64,000 nucleotides of DNA from Candidatus Dadabacteria bacterium (GCA_009837205.1 VXTZ01000026.1:7200-71199), one strand, 5' to 3'. Shown: positions 43,094 through 52,112, counted from the stretch's first letter. Translations and numbers: made by a program. Notes: generated by a model from the sequence alone, not told the origin.

Positions 43094-44212
43094 ATGAGAC
43101 AATTTGATGTTGTCATTGTTGGAGCCGGTCCGGCAGGGATAGGGGTTGCCGCTATGCTTAAAGATCTGGGTATAAAGCGAATGATTGTTCTTGAGAGAGA
43201 AGAAGTCGGCGCGACCTTCGACAAATGGCCGAAGGAAATGCAACTCTTAACCCCCTCATTTACCACTAATTTTTATGGTCATCTTGACCTTAATGCGGTT
43301 ATATCCGGAACCTCGCCAGCATATATGCTTCAAAAGGAACACCCTACCGGCAAAGAGTATGCGCTGTATTTAAGAACTGTATCAGAATATTTTGATTTGC
43401 CGGTTATGGAACATACAAATGTAGAGGAGGTACTTTATTCTGAAGGCTCTTTTAAGGTTCACATCACTGAAGGAAAGCCGATAGAGTCTCGCTTTTTGAT
43501 TTGGGCGGCCGGAGAATTTCAATACCCGAATACAAATTCCATTTCAGGTGCTGAACTGTGTTTGCATAACAGCCGGGTGAAAAGCTGGGAACAGGTTGAA
43601 GGCGATGAAATTTATATTATCGGCGGTTATGAGAGTGGCATTGATGCAGCCATCCATTTAAGTCGATTAGGCAAGAAGGTTCGTGTATTAGATCGCGATG
43701 CGCGTTGGAGTAGAAAAACAACTGACCCAAGTGAAAACTTATCACCTTTTACGTTGGAGAGATTGAAGCAAGAAATAATTTATAACAGGATTGAGCTTGT
43801 TGGTAAATCCATGGTTAGGGAGATAAGGTTGGAGCAGGACAAGTATTTGATTTATGTCAGAGGCAAATCATTACCTTATCAAAGTGCCACACCACCCATT
43901 TTGGCAACAGGATTTAAAAGTAGTTTGGTCGTCATTAAAGAGTTGTTTGATTGGGAAAAGGAGAAAGATTACTGTTTGCTGAATGAGCAGGATGAATCAA
44001 CCAGAACTCCTGGATTGTTTCTCGTTGGTCCACAAGTTCGTCATGATGATCTTATTTTTTGTTTTATTTATAAGTATCGGCAGAGGTTTGGTGTTGTCGC
44101 TAATGCAATTGGAAAACGATTGGGTATGGATACAACGCTGCTTGAGCCATATCGTAATGAAGGTCTCTACCTAGATGATTTGAGCTGCTGCGGAGAGGAG
44201 TGTGTTTGCTGA
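43094..44212 (+). CDS. FAD/NAD(P)-binding oxidoreductase (two dinucleotide-binding motifs) with Cys-rich C-terminal tail
   Basis: VVIVGAGPAGIG (FAD) and IYIIGGYESGIDAA (NAD(P)) motifs. The tail is DDLSCCGEECVC. AGGAGA RBS upstream. The gene is AT-richer than its neighbours. Confidence 0.65.
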   Translation: MRQFDVVIVGAGPAGIGVAAMLKDLGIKRMIVLEREEVGATFDKWPKEMQLLTPSFTTNFYGHLDLNAVISGTSPAYMLQKEHPTGKEYALYLRTVSEYFDLPVMEHTNVEEVLYSEGSFKVHITEGKPIESRFLIWAAGEFQYPNTNSISGAELCLHNSRVKSWEQVEGDEIYIIGGYESGIDAAIHLSRLGKKVRVLDRDARWSRKTTDPSENLSPFTLERLKQEIIYNRIELVGKSMVREIRLEQDKYLIYVRGKSLPYQSATPPILATGFKSSLVVIKELFDWEKEKDYCLLNEQDESTRTPGLFLVGPQVRHDDLIFCFIYKYRQRFGVVANAIGKRLGMDTTLLEPYRNEGLYLDDLSCCGEECVC

Positions 44213-44403
44213 TGCAAGAAGAGTTAGTTCAGAAAAAAGTTAAGGCCAATATAAACGTACAATGGTTATGCCAGTTAATTGCCAGTTTGTCTTGGTTCGC
44301 TTCCGTTTTTGCTTACGGATCATTTGAACTGGGTGATTGCCTGCAATTGTCAGCTGCATCCGCATGGACCGTATCTAATATTATGAACTATCTTAGCCAA
44401 TAA
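44212..44403 (+). CDS. 63-aa putative two-TM protein, start overlaps the flavoprotein stop (TGATG)
   Basis: The ATG at 44212 shares one base with the upstream TGA. Two hydrophobic stretches are present. I found no recognisable homolog. Confidence 0.35.
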   Translation: MQEELVQKKVKANINVQWLCQLIASLSWFASVFAYGSFELGDCLQLSAASAWTVSNIMNYLSQ

Positions 44404-44629
44404 AAATTATGTCATAAGCCAAAGCACGTGGCGGTGGAGGCAGGAGGCCAGTGTCAACAGAAGTGGCTTCTGGCGCATACGACGCCTTTAAGTTTGGAAC
44501 TCTTGAACAAAGACGCCGGTTGGTGAACTTTGTATCTTCGAACCTAGAGCTAAAGGGATTAACCCTTTTTTATACCTCGCCCCTTGAAAAAACCGTGATA
44601 GGTTCGTAAATGCGTCTAATATTGAAGAA

Positions 44630-44706
44630 TGGCGCGCCCGGAGGGATTCGAACCCCCAACCTCTTGATCCGTAGTCAAGCGCTCTGTCCAGTTGGGCTAC
44701 GGGCGC
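44630..44706 (-). tRNA. tRNA-Arg (anticodon ACG)
   Basis: The reverse complement folds as a cloverleaf. Acceptor GCGCCCG/CGGGCGC and anticodon arm CTTGA-CTACGGA-TCAAG. Has a GGTTCGAATCC T-arm and an encoded CCA. Confidence 0.9.
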
Positions 44707-44835
44707 AGAAAAGCGACGTTTCCTAATGGTTCCTGAGCCAAGTGGCGCAGTCAACCCGGAAAACGGCAGGGACGATTAACAATACGGATTTCTGTATTAT
44801 AATAGTCGTTCTGAATTTTATTTCGGGAAAAACTA

Positions 44836-45456
44836 ATGGAAAAGCTTGAATCGCTTCTTGACATCGAAGTCGAAACCTATCTTCGCAGGGTGAAAGACAA
44901 AGAGGAGATAAAGAATCTTGTTTCCGGGAACCTAACCCGGAAAACCTACGCAAGATTCCTGTTCACTTTTTATATAATCGAATTTCTGAGTCAGAGAGCG
45001 GTTAACATGGCAAGCATAAACACTAAAGACTCCGATCCCTACCTAAGCAAAAGGTTCCATTCCTGCGCACAGGGAGAACTCGGACATGCCGAGATTGCCC
45101 TTCGTGACCTAAAGGATCTCGGGGAAAAGGAGATCAACCCTTTCTGCCTTGAGATCGTACGGGAATACGACGAGTTCCTGCAGAATGCCGCCGAGCAGTT
45201 TCCTCTCGCGATACTCGGACACTCCTATCTGTTTGAAAACGTATCGGGACTTCTTTTTCCTGAGGTAGAAACAGTTCCCGACCCCTCAACTTTCATAGAG
45301 GTTCACGCCAAGGAAGATCCCGCGCACTCCTTAGCGATAAAAAAAACGGTAAGAAGAATCGAAAAAGATCTCGGCAAGGAAAAGATCGAAAAAATTGTCC
45401 AGTTCAGCAGGGAAAGCGGAGATTACCTGATGCGGCTATTTGATTCCCTTGCCTAG
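44836..45456 (+). CDS. heme-oxygenase-like fold protein (possible di-iron oxidase/iron-containing redox enzyme family)
   Basis: All-helical ~205 aa with candidate ligand motifs GELGH and EDPAH. The assignment rests on motif resemblance only. Confidence 0.4.
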   Translation: MEKLESLLDIEVETYLRRVKDKEEIKNLVSGNLTRKTYARFLFTFYIIEFLSQRAVNMASINTKDSDPYLSKRFHSCAQGELGHAEIALRDLKDLGEKEINPFCLEIVREYDEFLQNAAEQFPLAILGHSYLFENVSGLLFPEVETVPDPSTFIEVHAKEDPAHSLAIKKTVRRIEKDLGKEKIEKIVQFSRESGDYLMRLFDSLA

Positions 45457-46038
45457 ACCTAGGATCTCTTCATAGCGAAAACACGAGACCAGATGATCGT
45501 TCACCACCCCCGTCGCCTGAAGATGGGCGTAGACGATAGTGGGACCCATGAAGCGGAAGCCTCGTTTCTTAAGGTCGCGACTGACCGTCACTGAAAGTTC
45601 CGTAGAGGCCGGTATTTCCGATAGTTCCTCCCAGGTGTTCGTAACCGGAACTCCGCCGGTAAATCCCCACAAATAATCGGAGAAGCTCCCGAACTCATCC
45701 CGTATTTCCAAGAACCGGGCAGCGTTATTTATAGAAGCCTCTATTTTCTTCCGGTTGCGTATTATTCCGCTGTCCGACATGAGCTCCTGTATCTTTTTCT
45801 CTCCGTAGCAGACAACTTTTTCCGGATCGAACCCGTCGTAAAGGCGCCTGTAGTTCTCCCTTTTGCGAAGAACCGTAAGCCAGCTCAGCCCGGCTTGGGC
45901 GGACTCGAGGACCAGAAATTCAAACTGCTTTTCGTCGGAAAAAACGGGAACTCCCCACTCCTTGTCGTGATAAGCTCTCTCAAGATCGGTGTGCTCGCAC
46001 CAAGGGCATCTTCGCATTCTATTTACTCCTAGGTTCAA
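45436..46038 (-). CDS. tag: DNA-3-methyladenine glycosylase I
   Basis: RCPWC...YHDKEWGVP...FEFLVLESAQAGLSW motifs. Confidence 0.9.
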   Translation of the reverse strand: MNLGVNRMRRCPWCEHTDLERAYHDKEWGVPVFSDEKQFEFLVLESAQAGLSWLTVLRKRENYRRLYDGFDPEKVVCYGEKKIQELMSDSGIIRNRKKIEASINNAARFLEIRDEFGSFSDYLWGFTGGVPVTNTWEELSEIPASTELSVTVSRDLKKRGFRFMGPTIVYAHLQATGVVNDHLVSCFRYEEILGLGKGIK

Positions 46039-47066
46039 AGGAAAATGTTGTAGAGAAACCCAAAGAAAAGCACCTGAGGGACGGCCACCACTGGAAGGAG
46101 CAAAGCTGTCTTTCTGCCTATGTTAGTCCAGAGAAGTCCGATCTCCGTATAGTCGGTCACAACCCCCGCCATCAGGAAAACGAAGGGATTTCCAAACGCC
46201 TGGACCTTGTCATAGATCTCAAACGCAATAACCGAACTTCCCTCGCTGCAGACCTCAATCACGGTAGCTCCCACAAGGGTGAGCAAAAGACCCCCGGCGT
46301 CCGGACCCAGATAACGCATGAAAAATTCCCCGGGGACGTATACGTCTATCAGGACCGCCGCGATAAGCCCGATTATAAGCCACCAGAGAACCATGTTGGA
46401 AAGACTGAGACTTCCCCTGAGAACTCCCGGAACAGTTTCCCTCAGGGAAAAATTCTTTATCTTTTCCCACTCGTATCCTTCTCCCAAGCCAGTGAAGTCG
46501 TTTTTCTCCACGTAGCCGCCCCGCTCAAGTGCCTCGAAGATAAGGCCGGTAATAATGGCGATAAATCCCGCCGTGACTATGAACAGAACACCTTTCCACC
46601 CGAAAAAGCTTATGAGAAGAATGGTTACGGGGAAATTCGCCCATGGAGAAGCGAGCAGAAATGTTATCACAGCCGGGATGCTCGCCCCTTTTTTGTAGAT
46701 CTGGATCGCTATTGCAAGTATTCCGTGGGAACAGGAAGACATTACAAAACCTCCCGCGAGCGCGTAGAAAAGCGATGGCTTGCCCGTTTTGCCAAGGTAT
46801 CTGTATATAAACCCTTGGGGAACGAAGTAATCTATTGCCCCTCCCAAAAGAAAGCCTAAAGCAAGCGGAATGGCGAGCAGTCGGAGATAGCCCAGCAGAG
46901 AAGCATTAAGGGCCGAAAGAGGCGACAGGAAGGAAACGGCAACCAAGCACAGAAGCAACGCGAGAGAGATCTTAAGGTTTCGGCTGACTCGAAGCGGTTC
47001 GCCGGGAGGGGGGACATGGCAACATGAGGCCTGATCAGTATCCGTGTTAGAAACCGTATGGACCAC
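46035..47066 (-). CDS. permease of the DUF318/ArsP-like family (possible metal/metalloid transporter)
   Basis: Internally duplicated polytopic protein with SSCSHG and EVCSEGSS motifs plus an N-terminal SCCH. Overlaps the tag start by 4 nt. Confidence 0.65.
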   Translation of the reverse strand: MVHTVSNTDTDQASCCHVPPPGEPLRVSRNLKISLALLLCLVAVSFLSPLSALNASLLGYLRLLAIPLALGFLLGGAIDYFVPQGFIYRYLGKTGKPSLFYALAGGFVMSSCSHGILAIAIQIYKKGASIPAVITFLLASPWANFPVTILLISFFGWKGVLFIVTAGFIAIITGLIFEALERGGYVEKNDFTGLGEGYEWEKIKNFSLRETVPGVLRGSLSLSNMVLWWLIIGLIAAVLIDVYVPGEFFMRYLGPDAGGLLLTLVGATVIEVCSEGSSVIAFEIYDKVQAFGNPFVFLMAGVVTDYTEIGLLWTNIGRKTALLLPVVAVPQVLFFGFLYNIFL

Positions 47067-47312
47067 TAGACAATTCCCGAATTCACTTTTTATCCGCCTT
47101 CAACGAAAAACTAAAGCAAATTTAATCCTTACTACGCATCTGCCGAGAAACCCACGCGCGCAGAGAACTTTCCTCTCATTATTTCGCGAAAATCGAAAAA
47201 ACTCAGCTGATTAATATTCTCCGCTCTCGCGCTGTTATGATGTGATAGTATACCCTGAATAATGCGATTCGGATTAACCAGAATCCCATACATTCCAAGG
47301 AGGTTTTTCATC

Positions 47313-47633
47313 ATGCGATCAAGAAGTTTCGGTGTTTTGTTTTTGTCATCGGTGTTTTGCATTGCGGGACTGCTCCTGCTTTCATCTTGTGGAGATGATG
47401 ATAAGACGGAACCGATGGAGATGAGAGGATTTTTTCTCAGCATTACTGAGGCAAATACATTAGATTGCGGCTATGAAAACGCCAACGTATTTTTAAGGGG
47501 AGATGAATCCACCGGTAGGCTTGACGTTGAAATTGTCTCCACAAGCCCTACTTTTCCGGACTCCGAATTCAAGTATAAGGGATCAAAAATCATCAAGGGA
47601 GAGGGGGGGGGAACGTGGAAAAAACTATTGTAG
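47313..47633 (+). CDS. lipoprotein, N-terminal fragment (reading frame ends just after a G9 tract)
   Basis: AAGGAGG RBS at 47297..47303 and signal peptide with lipobox LLSSC. A stop occurs 20 nt after the G9 run. Confidence 0.5.
   Translation: MRSRSFGVLFLSSVFCIAGLLLLSSCGDDDKTEPMEMRGFFLSITEANTLDCGYENANVFLRGDESTGRLDVEIVSTSPTFPDSEFKYKGSKIIKGEGGGTWKKLL
47603..47611 (+). repeat. homopolymeric G9 tract at the junction of two out-of-frame ORFs
   Basis: Counted directly: gag ggggggg g aac. Adding one G fuses 47313..47633 with 47615..47971 into one ~219-aa ORF. Confidence 0.9.
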
Positions 47634-47971
47634 CCTCCTACGTAATTGAAAGTGATGATGGAAATCTCTCCCCGGCAACAGTAAATGTCGTTTCAAAAAC
47701 CGACGATGAAATCGGCAACGGGGCCACCATCTTTACCGGTTACTGGACCGGCAACGCTGTCCGGCCTGCTGGCAACCCTATAGTGATGTGTCCATATGTA
47801 CTCGTACCGAGAGAAGCATTAGATGGAGACAGCTGTGGGGAGGAAGTATCGCAGATGGCCGCGGGGTTGAGAAAATATTTTGCCGACGACGCAGACAATC
47901 CAACTAAGTTGGGAGATTGCTACAGGCAGCTTACTCCTGAAGGCAGGCTGTCTCCAATGAAATTCGAATGA
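47615..47971 (+). CDS. lipoprotein, C-terminal fragment
   Basis: The ORF opens right at the G9 tract in the adjacent frame (the frame reached by adding one G). It has no RBS or signal peptide of its own. Confidence 0.45.
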   Translation: MEKTIVASYVIESDDGNLSPATVNVVSKTDDEIGNGATIFTGYWTGNAVRPAGNPIVMCPYVLVPREALDGDSCGEEVSQMAAGLRKYFADDADNPTKLGDCYRQLTPEGRLSPMKFE

Positions 47972-48067
47972 AGAAGATCTCTCATATTGTGATCAAGAGT
48001 TGACTTTGCCGGAAATCCGGATTTTTCCGTTTGTCCGCCTTTTTTTCTAGGGTAGAATCCTTGCGTT

Positions 48068-49141
48068 ATGGGAAAGAGAATAGTGGTAGCCATGAGCGGA
48101 GGGGTAGACAGTGCCACCACAGCCGCCCTTCTTAAGTCCCAAGGGCATGAAGTCATAGGAATGACCATGCAGCTTTGGGATTATGGAGAGAGTGAAGGAG
48201 GATGTTGCTCCGCGGATGAGGTCTGCGACGCCAGAAGAGTCGCATACGAGATAGGCATACCTCACTACGTGGTAAATTACATGGACTCCTTCAGGGAACT
48301 CGTGGTCTCCGATTTCGTAAGCAAGTACGATTCGGGAGAAACTCCCATACCCTGCGTGCTGTGCAACCAGTTCATGAAGTTTGACTTCCTTCTGAAGCGG
48401 GCTCTTGAGCTTGACGCGGATTTTCTCGCCACGGGCCACTACGCGAGGATATCCCGAAGCGCCGAAACCGGCGAGTACTCTCTTGAGCAGGCAGTTGATC
48501 CCGCCAAGGATCAGTCTTACTTTCTCTTCACTCTAGGCCAGAGAGAACTTCAAAGGCTCATTTTCCCTCTGGGAGACAAAACGAAAACCGAAGTGAGAAA
48601 AATTGCCGAGAATATGGGACTCAGAGTCGCCACGAAGGCCGAGAGCATGGGCGTCTGCTTCATCACGGGAGACGGCTACAGGGAATTTCTCGAGCCCTAC
48701 CTTGAAAGAGGAAAAATAGAGGGCGACATAGTGGACATGGAGGGAAATCCTATCGCCAGGCACAGGGGAATCGCTTCTTTTACCATCGGCCAGAGACGCG
48801 GGCTCGGTTTCGCGAAGGGAAGGCCTATGTACGTTGTCGGTATCGACGCGGAGCGAAATGAAGTCAGGGTCGGAGAGGAAAAGGACCTTTACAGCAGCTC
48901 CCTCGCCGCGGGAAATCTCTCTTGGGTAAGCGGGCCTCCCGAAGGGGAAATCGAGGTGCGCTCGAAAATAAGATATCGCCACGGCGCGGTCCCCTCCAGA
49001 GTGACCGTCACGGACGACGGGGAGGCAATAGTCAGTTTCTCAGAACCGCAAAAAGCCGTGACTCCCGGCCAAGCGATCGTTTTCTACAAGGACGAGGCCG
49101 TGATGGGCGGGGGCTGGATAAAAGGAGCGTGCGTCCAGTGA
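48068..49141 (+). CDS. mnmA: tRNA 2-thiouridine(34) synthase
   Basis: VVAMSGGVDS PP-loop, ~355 aa, MnmA-like C-terminal domains. Confidence 0.9.
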   Translation: MGKRIVVAMSGGVDSATTAALLKSQGHEVIGMTMQLWDYGESEGGCCSADEVCDARRVAYEIGIPHYVVNYMDSFRELVVSDFVSKYDSGETPIPCVLCNQFMKFDFLLKRALELDADFLATGHYARISRSAETGEYSLEQAVDPAKDQSYFLFTLGQRELQRLIFPLGDKTKTEVRKIAENMGLRVATKAESMGVCFITGDGYREFLEPYLERGKIEGDIVDMEGNPIARHRGIASFTIGQRRGLGFAKGRPMYVVGIDAERNEVRVGEEKDLYSSSLAAGNLSWVSGPPEGEIEVRSKIRYRHGAVPSRVTVTDDGEAIVSFSEPQKAVTPGQAIVFYKDEAVMGGGWIKGACVQ

Positions 49142-50427
49142 AGAGGATCTCCGTCGTAACTCTGGGGTGCAAGGTTAACCAGTACGACACTGCCGCCCTG
49201 CTTAACCATCTGCCATCCTCCGAGTTCGTAAAGAACGAAAAATTCGACGAACCGGCTGAAGTGTACGTAATAGACACTTGCACCGTCACGCACAAGGCGG
49301 ATTCGGAAGCAAGAAACTATATATACAGGGCGAAACGATCAAATCCTCGCGGCGTGGTAATAGTGACGGGCTGCTACGCACAGGTCTCCCCCGAGCAACT
49401 CTCGGCCATGGAGGAAGTCGACTACGTAATAGGAAATTCCCACAAGTTCTCATCCCTTCTAGGAGTCATACGCCGGGGAAAGGTTCAGAGCGAGCCAAAG
49501 GTTCTCATATCCGATATCTTCAAAGAAAAGAAAAGGAAATTCGACACCCCGGATATCAGATTCTTTCCCGACAGGACAAGGGCATTTCTCAAGGTGCAAG
49601 ACGGGTGCAACTATGCCTGCACGTTCTGCGTGATACCGAGGGCGCGCGGGCGGTCCCGCAGCCTAGAGGCGAATGAAGTTATCTCTAGGCTAAGAACTCT
49701 CGCGCATGCGGGCTACAGGGAAGTGGTCCTCACAGGTGTTCACTTGGCAAGCTACGGAAGGGACATAGGCTCTGATCTCGTCGGCCTGCTTGAAAAAATT
49801 GAGGAATCCGGGGCAGTACGCAGGATAAGACTGAGCTCGCTTGATCCCGCGGATACCACAGAAGAGCTGATCAACTTCGTCTCGGAATCGGAAATTGTCT
49901 GTCCAAGCTTCCACGTAGCGCTTCAAAGCGGAGACAGAGAAGTCCTCAGAAAAATGAGAAGAAGATACAGCCCCGAGCAATTCCTTGAGTGCACGGACAC
50001 TATACGTAGCGTTTTACCGGAGGCCTCGATCGGTACAGACATAATGGTCGGATTTCCCGGGGAAACGCAGGAACAGTTTGAAAATTCCCGTGATGTCGCT
50101 GCCGCTTCGGAACTCACTTATTTCCACGTGTTTCCCTATTCGATAAGAAAAATGACCCCTGCTGCGAATATGAAAGACCAGATTTCCCCACAGGTAAAAA
50201 AGGAAAGAGCGGCGGAGCTTCGCGCGCTTGGAAAAACGAAAAAAGAAAACTTTTACAGAACGTTCATAGGCAAAACCCTTGACGCCATTGTCGAGAGCAA
50301 ATCAAACTGTACCACGGAAAACTACATACACGTAAAACTGACTGAAGGTGCAATCGATACCGGGACGGAGATAAAGGTAAAAATAGAAGATGTAAGAAAC
50401 GAAGTTGCCTACGCAATTGCTGTGTAA
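49138..50427 (+). CDS. mtaB: radical-SAM methylthiotransferase, MtaB-like (MiaB/RimO family)
   Basis: ISVVTLGCKVNQYD N-terminal UPF0004 motif and CNYACTFC radical-SAM cluster, with a TRAM-like C-terminus. GTG start overlaps the mnmA stop (GTGA). Confidence 0.8.
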   Translation: MKRISVVTLGCKVNQYDTAALLNHLPSSEFVKNEKFDEPAEVYVIDTCTVTHKADSEARNYIYRAKRSNPRGVVIVTGCYAQVSPEQLSAMEEVDYVIGNSHKFSSLLGVIRRGKVQSEPKVLISDIFKEKKRKFDTPDIRFFPDRTRAFLKVQDGCNYACTFCVIPRARGRSRSLEANEVISRLRTLAHAGYREVVLTGVHLASYGRDIGSDLVGLLEKIEESGAVRRIRLSSLDPADTTEELINFVSESEIVCPSFHVALQSGDREVLRKMRRRYSPEQFLECTDTIRSVLPEASIGTDIMVGFPGETQEQFENSRDVAAASELTYFHVFPYSIRKMTPAANMKDQISPQVKKERAAELRALGKTKKENFYRTFIGKTLDAIVESKSNCTTENYIHVKLTEGAIDTGTEIKVKIEDVRNEVAYAIAV

Positions 50428-50489
50428 AGAATTTTCTGAAAAACTATCTTCGGTTTCATAGTCCCCTTAATACACCCATTATTTTTCTG

Positions 50490-51584
50490 CTATTTTCCTA
50501 TTACAGTCGCTAGCCGTTCCACATTGGCACGAGCAGTGTGATAGCGTCTTAATGAATCGTAATACTGAGATCTTGCATCAAATAAGGTGCGTTGCGCATC
50601 AAGCACTTCATGATAGGAGAACCTGCCTTTAACAAACCCGATGCGGGCCAGCTTAAACGCCCTCTTTGCAGACGGTAACAATTTAGTTTTCAGCCTCTGC
50701 GCCTCCGAATAATAAGTGCCCCATTGCTCCCAGCTCTCCGTAAGCTGATGCTCCAGAATCAATTTGGCTTGCCGGGAATCATTTGCCGCCTGTTTAACTT
50801 CCGCACGCGCTCTAGTGATATTTCCCCTGTTCCGATTAAAAACAGGTATTGGAAGTGAAACGGAAAAAATAAATGCCTGGTCACCGCTTACTTTAAAATC
50901 CCTCACTCCAAGACTAAAGCTCGGATCTGGAATAGCCCGCGCCCGCTCAAGATCTAAAAGCGATTCCTTCTCCATTTTTACATGGAAAAATCTTTGGATA
51001 TCGGGAATACGGGCTAGGTTCTCACGGTAGCTCTCTATGGAAGCGGGAGGTTTGAGCTCAAAGAAGTGAGCGTGGTCAAGCGAACTGTCCAATGTGGAAG
51101 CTCCCAATAATTTTGCGAGCTTTTCTTTGGCTATTTTTAGTTCATGCTCCTTTCTTTCACGTGCTATAGTACTGGTAGCATAAGCCACTTCCGCCTTGCT
51201 TAGCTGAATCCCCTGTTCCACCGCGGCCTGCATTTGTTCAGATACGGTTTGCAGAACATCCTTGGCTAACTGCTCCTGCTCCACCGCGAGTTTGACTGCC
51301 TCGTCCTTGGCCAACGCATCGTAATATGCTACACGAACGTCGCGTTTAATATTCAGTTGTTCGGCCATTAAGGCCGTGCCGGCTGCTCCACGGGCTGCTT
51401 TTGCAGCATTTCTGCGCGCTGAACGCTCACCGCCAATCTCAACAGTCTGCGTCAGGCTGTAGGTTAGCTCAGCCGAGTCTGTTCCACCGAATCCGCCACT
51501 GCCGACAACATTTCCAGCCTCGAATCCGATCTCTGGATTCGGCAGGTACCCCGCTTGGTTTTCCACACCCTTCGCAGCTTCCAC
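50490..51584 (-). CDS. TolC-family outer-membrane efflux protein, CzcC-like; N-terminus appears frameshifted
   Basis: TolC repeat architecture. The frame stays open upstream to 51749 (..LTLPDAIQNALDYSPRLKS..) with no start codon. A signal-peptide-like ORF (MLSQLCVFCTIVLLMGVLS, ATG 51792) sits in another frame. Confidence 0.6.
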   Translation of the reverse strand: MEAAKGVENQAGYLPNPEIGFEAGNVVGSGGFGGTDSAELTYSLTQTVEIGGERSARRNAAKAARGAAGTALMAEQLNIKRDVRVAYYDALAKDEAVKLAVEQEQLAKDVLQTVSEQMQAAVEQGIQLSKAEVAYATSTIARERKEHELKIAKEKLAKLLGASTLDSSLDHAHFFELKPPASIESYRENLARIPDIQRFFHVKMEKESLLDLERARAIPDPSFSLGVRDFKVSGDQAFIFSVSLPIPVFNRNRGNITRARAEVKQAANDSRQAKLILEHQLTESWEQWGTYYSEAQRLKTKLLPSAKRAFKLARIGFVKGRFSYHEVLDAQRTLFDARSQYYDSLRRYHTARANVERLATVIGK

Positions 51585-51955
51585 GCTGGCAACAGCCGAT
51601 TTAAGGCGTGGTGAATAATCCAGAGCATTTTGAATCGCGTCTGGCAGGGTAAGTACAGAACTGCCGCTATAAATGCACTCCGCGTGTTTATGAGCTTCAG
51701 GTAAGTGCGGTTCTTCCGCCCTTAATGGATGGATGCGACAAAACTCCCATCAATAAAACAATCGTACAGAACACACATAATTGCGAAAGCATCTTTGTTC
51801 CTCTGCATCTCCATAAAAAACGCCTAAAAATTAACGTAGGTAAAAAAATTATTTTAGGCTTGTCTAAATTTATTCTTAACTCTAATAGAAATGGGCTTAG
51901 TGTCAAGTAAAAATTACGGGAATGCAGACAGTCGTTTGATAATGGAGACAGTAAA

Positions 51956-52047
51956 TGGCGGAGAGAGTGGGATTCGAACCCACGAAGGGGCTTTCACCCC
52001 TTACTCGATTAGCAATCGAGCGCCTTCGACCACTCGGCCACCTCTCC
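51956..52047 (-). tRNA. tRNA-Ser (anticodon GCU)
   Basis: The reverse complement GGAGAGGTGGCCGAGTGG... has anticodon arm CTCGA-TTGCTAA-TCGAG. Has a long variable arm and an encoded CCA. Confidence 0.9.
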
Positions 52048-52112
52048 CCGCTCGGTGAAAAAATCATAACTCAACGGAAAACAGAGTCAAAATTCCGCTC
52101 CGCATGTTTTTT

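Noticed and set aside
47132-47443. 103-aa minus-strand ORF upstream of and overlapping the lipoprotein start
   Set aside because: It overlaps the RBS, signal peptide and lipobox of the + strand lipoprotein gene, has no motifs and has no RBS of its own.
48922-49137. N-terminal 72-codon extension of the mtaB ORF
   Set aside because: The extension overlaps the 3' end of mnmA in another frame and is Arg/Gly-rich. The conserved methylthiotransferase N-terminus (ISVVTLGCKVNQYD) begins right after the GTG at 49138, which overlaps the mnmA stop.
43004-51956. Searched for att-like direct repeats of the tRNA-Arg and tRNA-Ser 3' ends, and for integrase genes, bounding the AT-rich islets
   Set aside because: No copy of the tRNA 3' segments was seen at the distal islet borders (43004..43093, 50428..50489). 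No integrase or transposase ORF exists, so I do not call them mobile elements.
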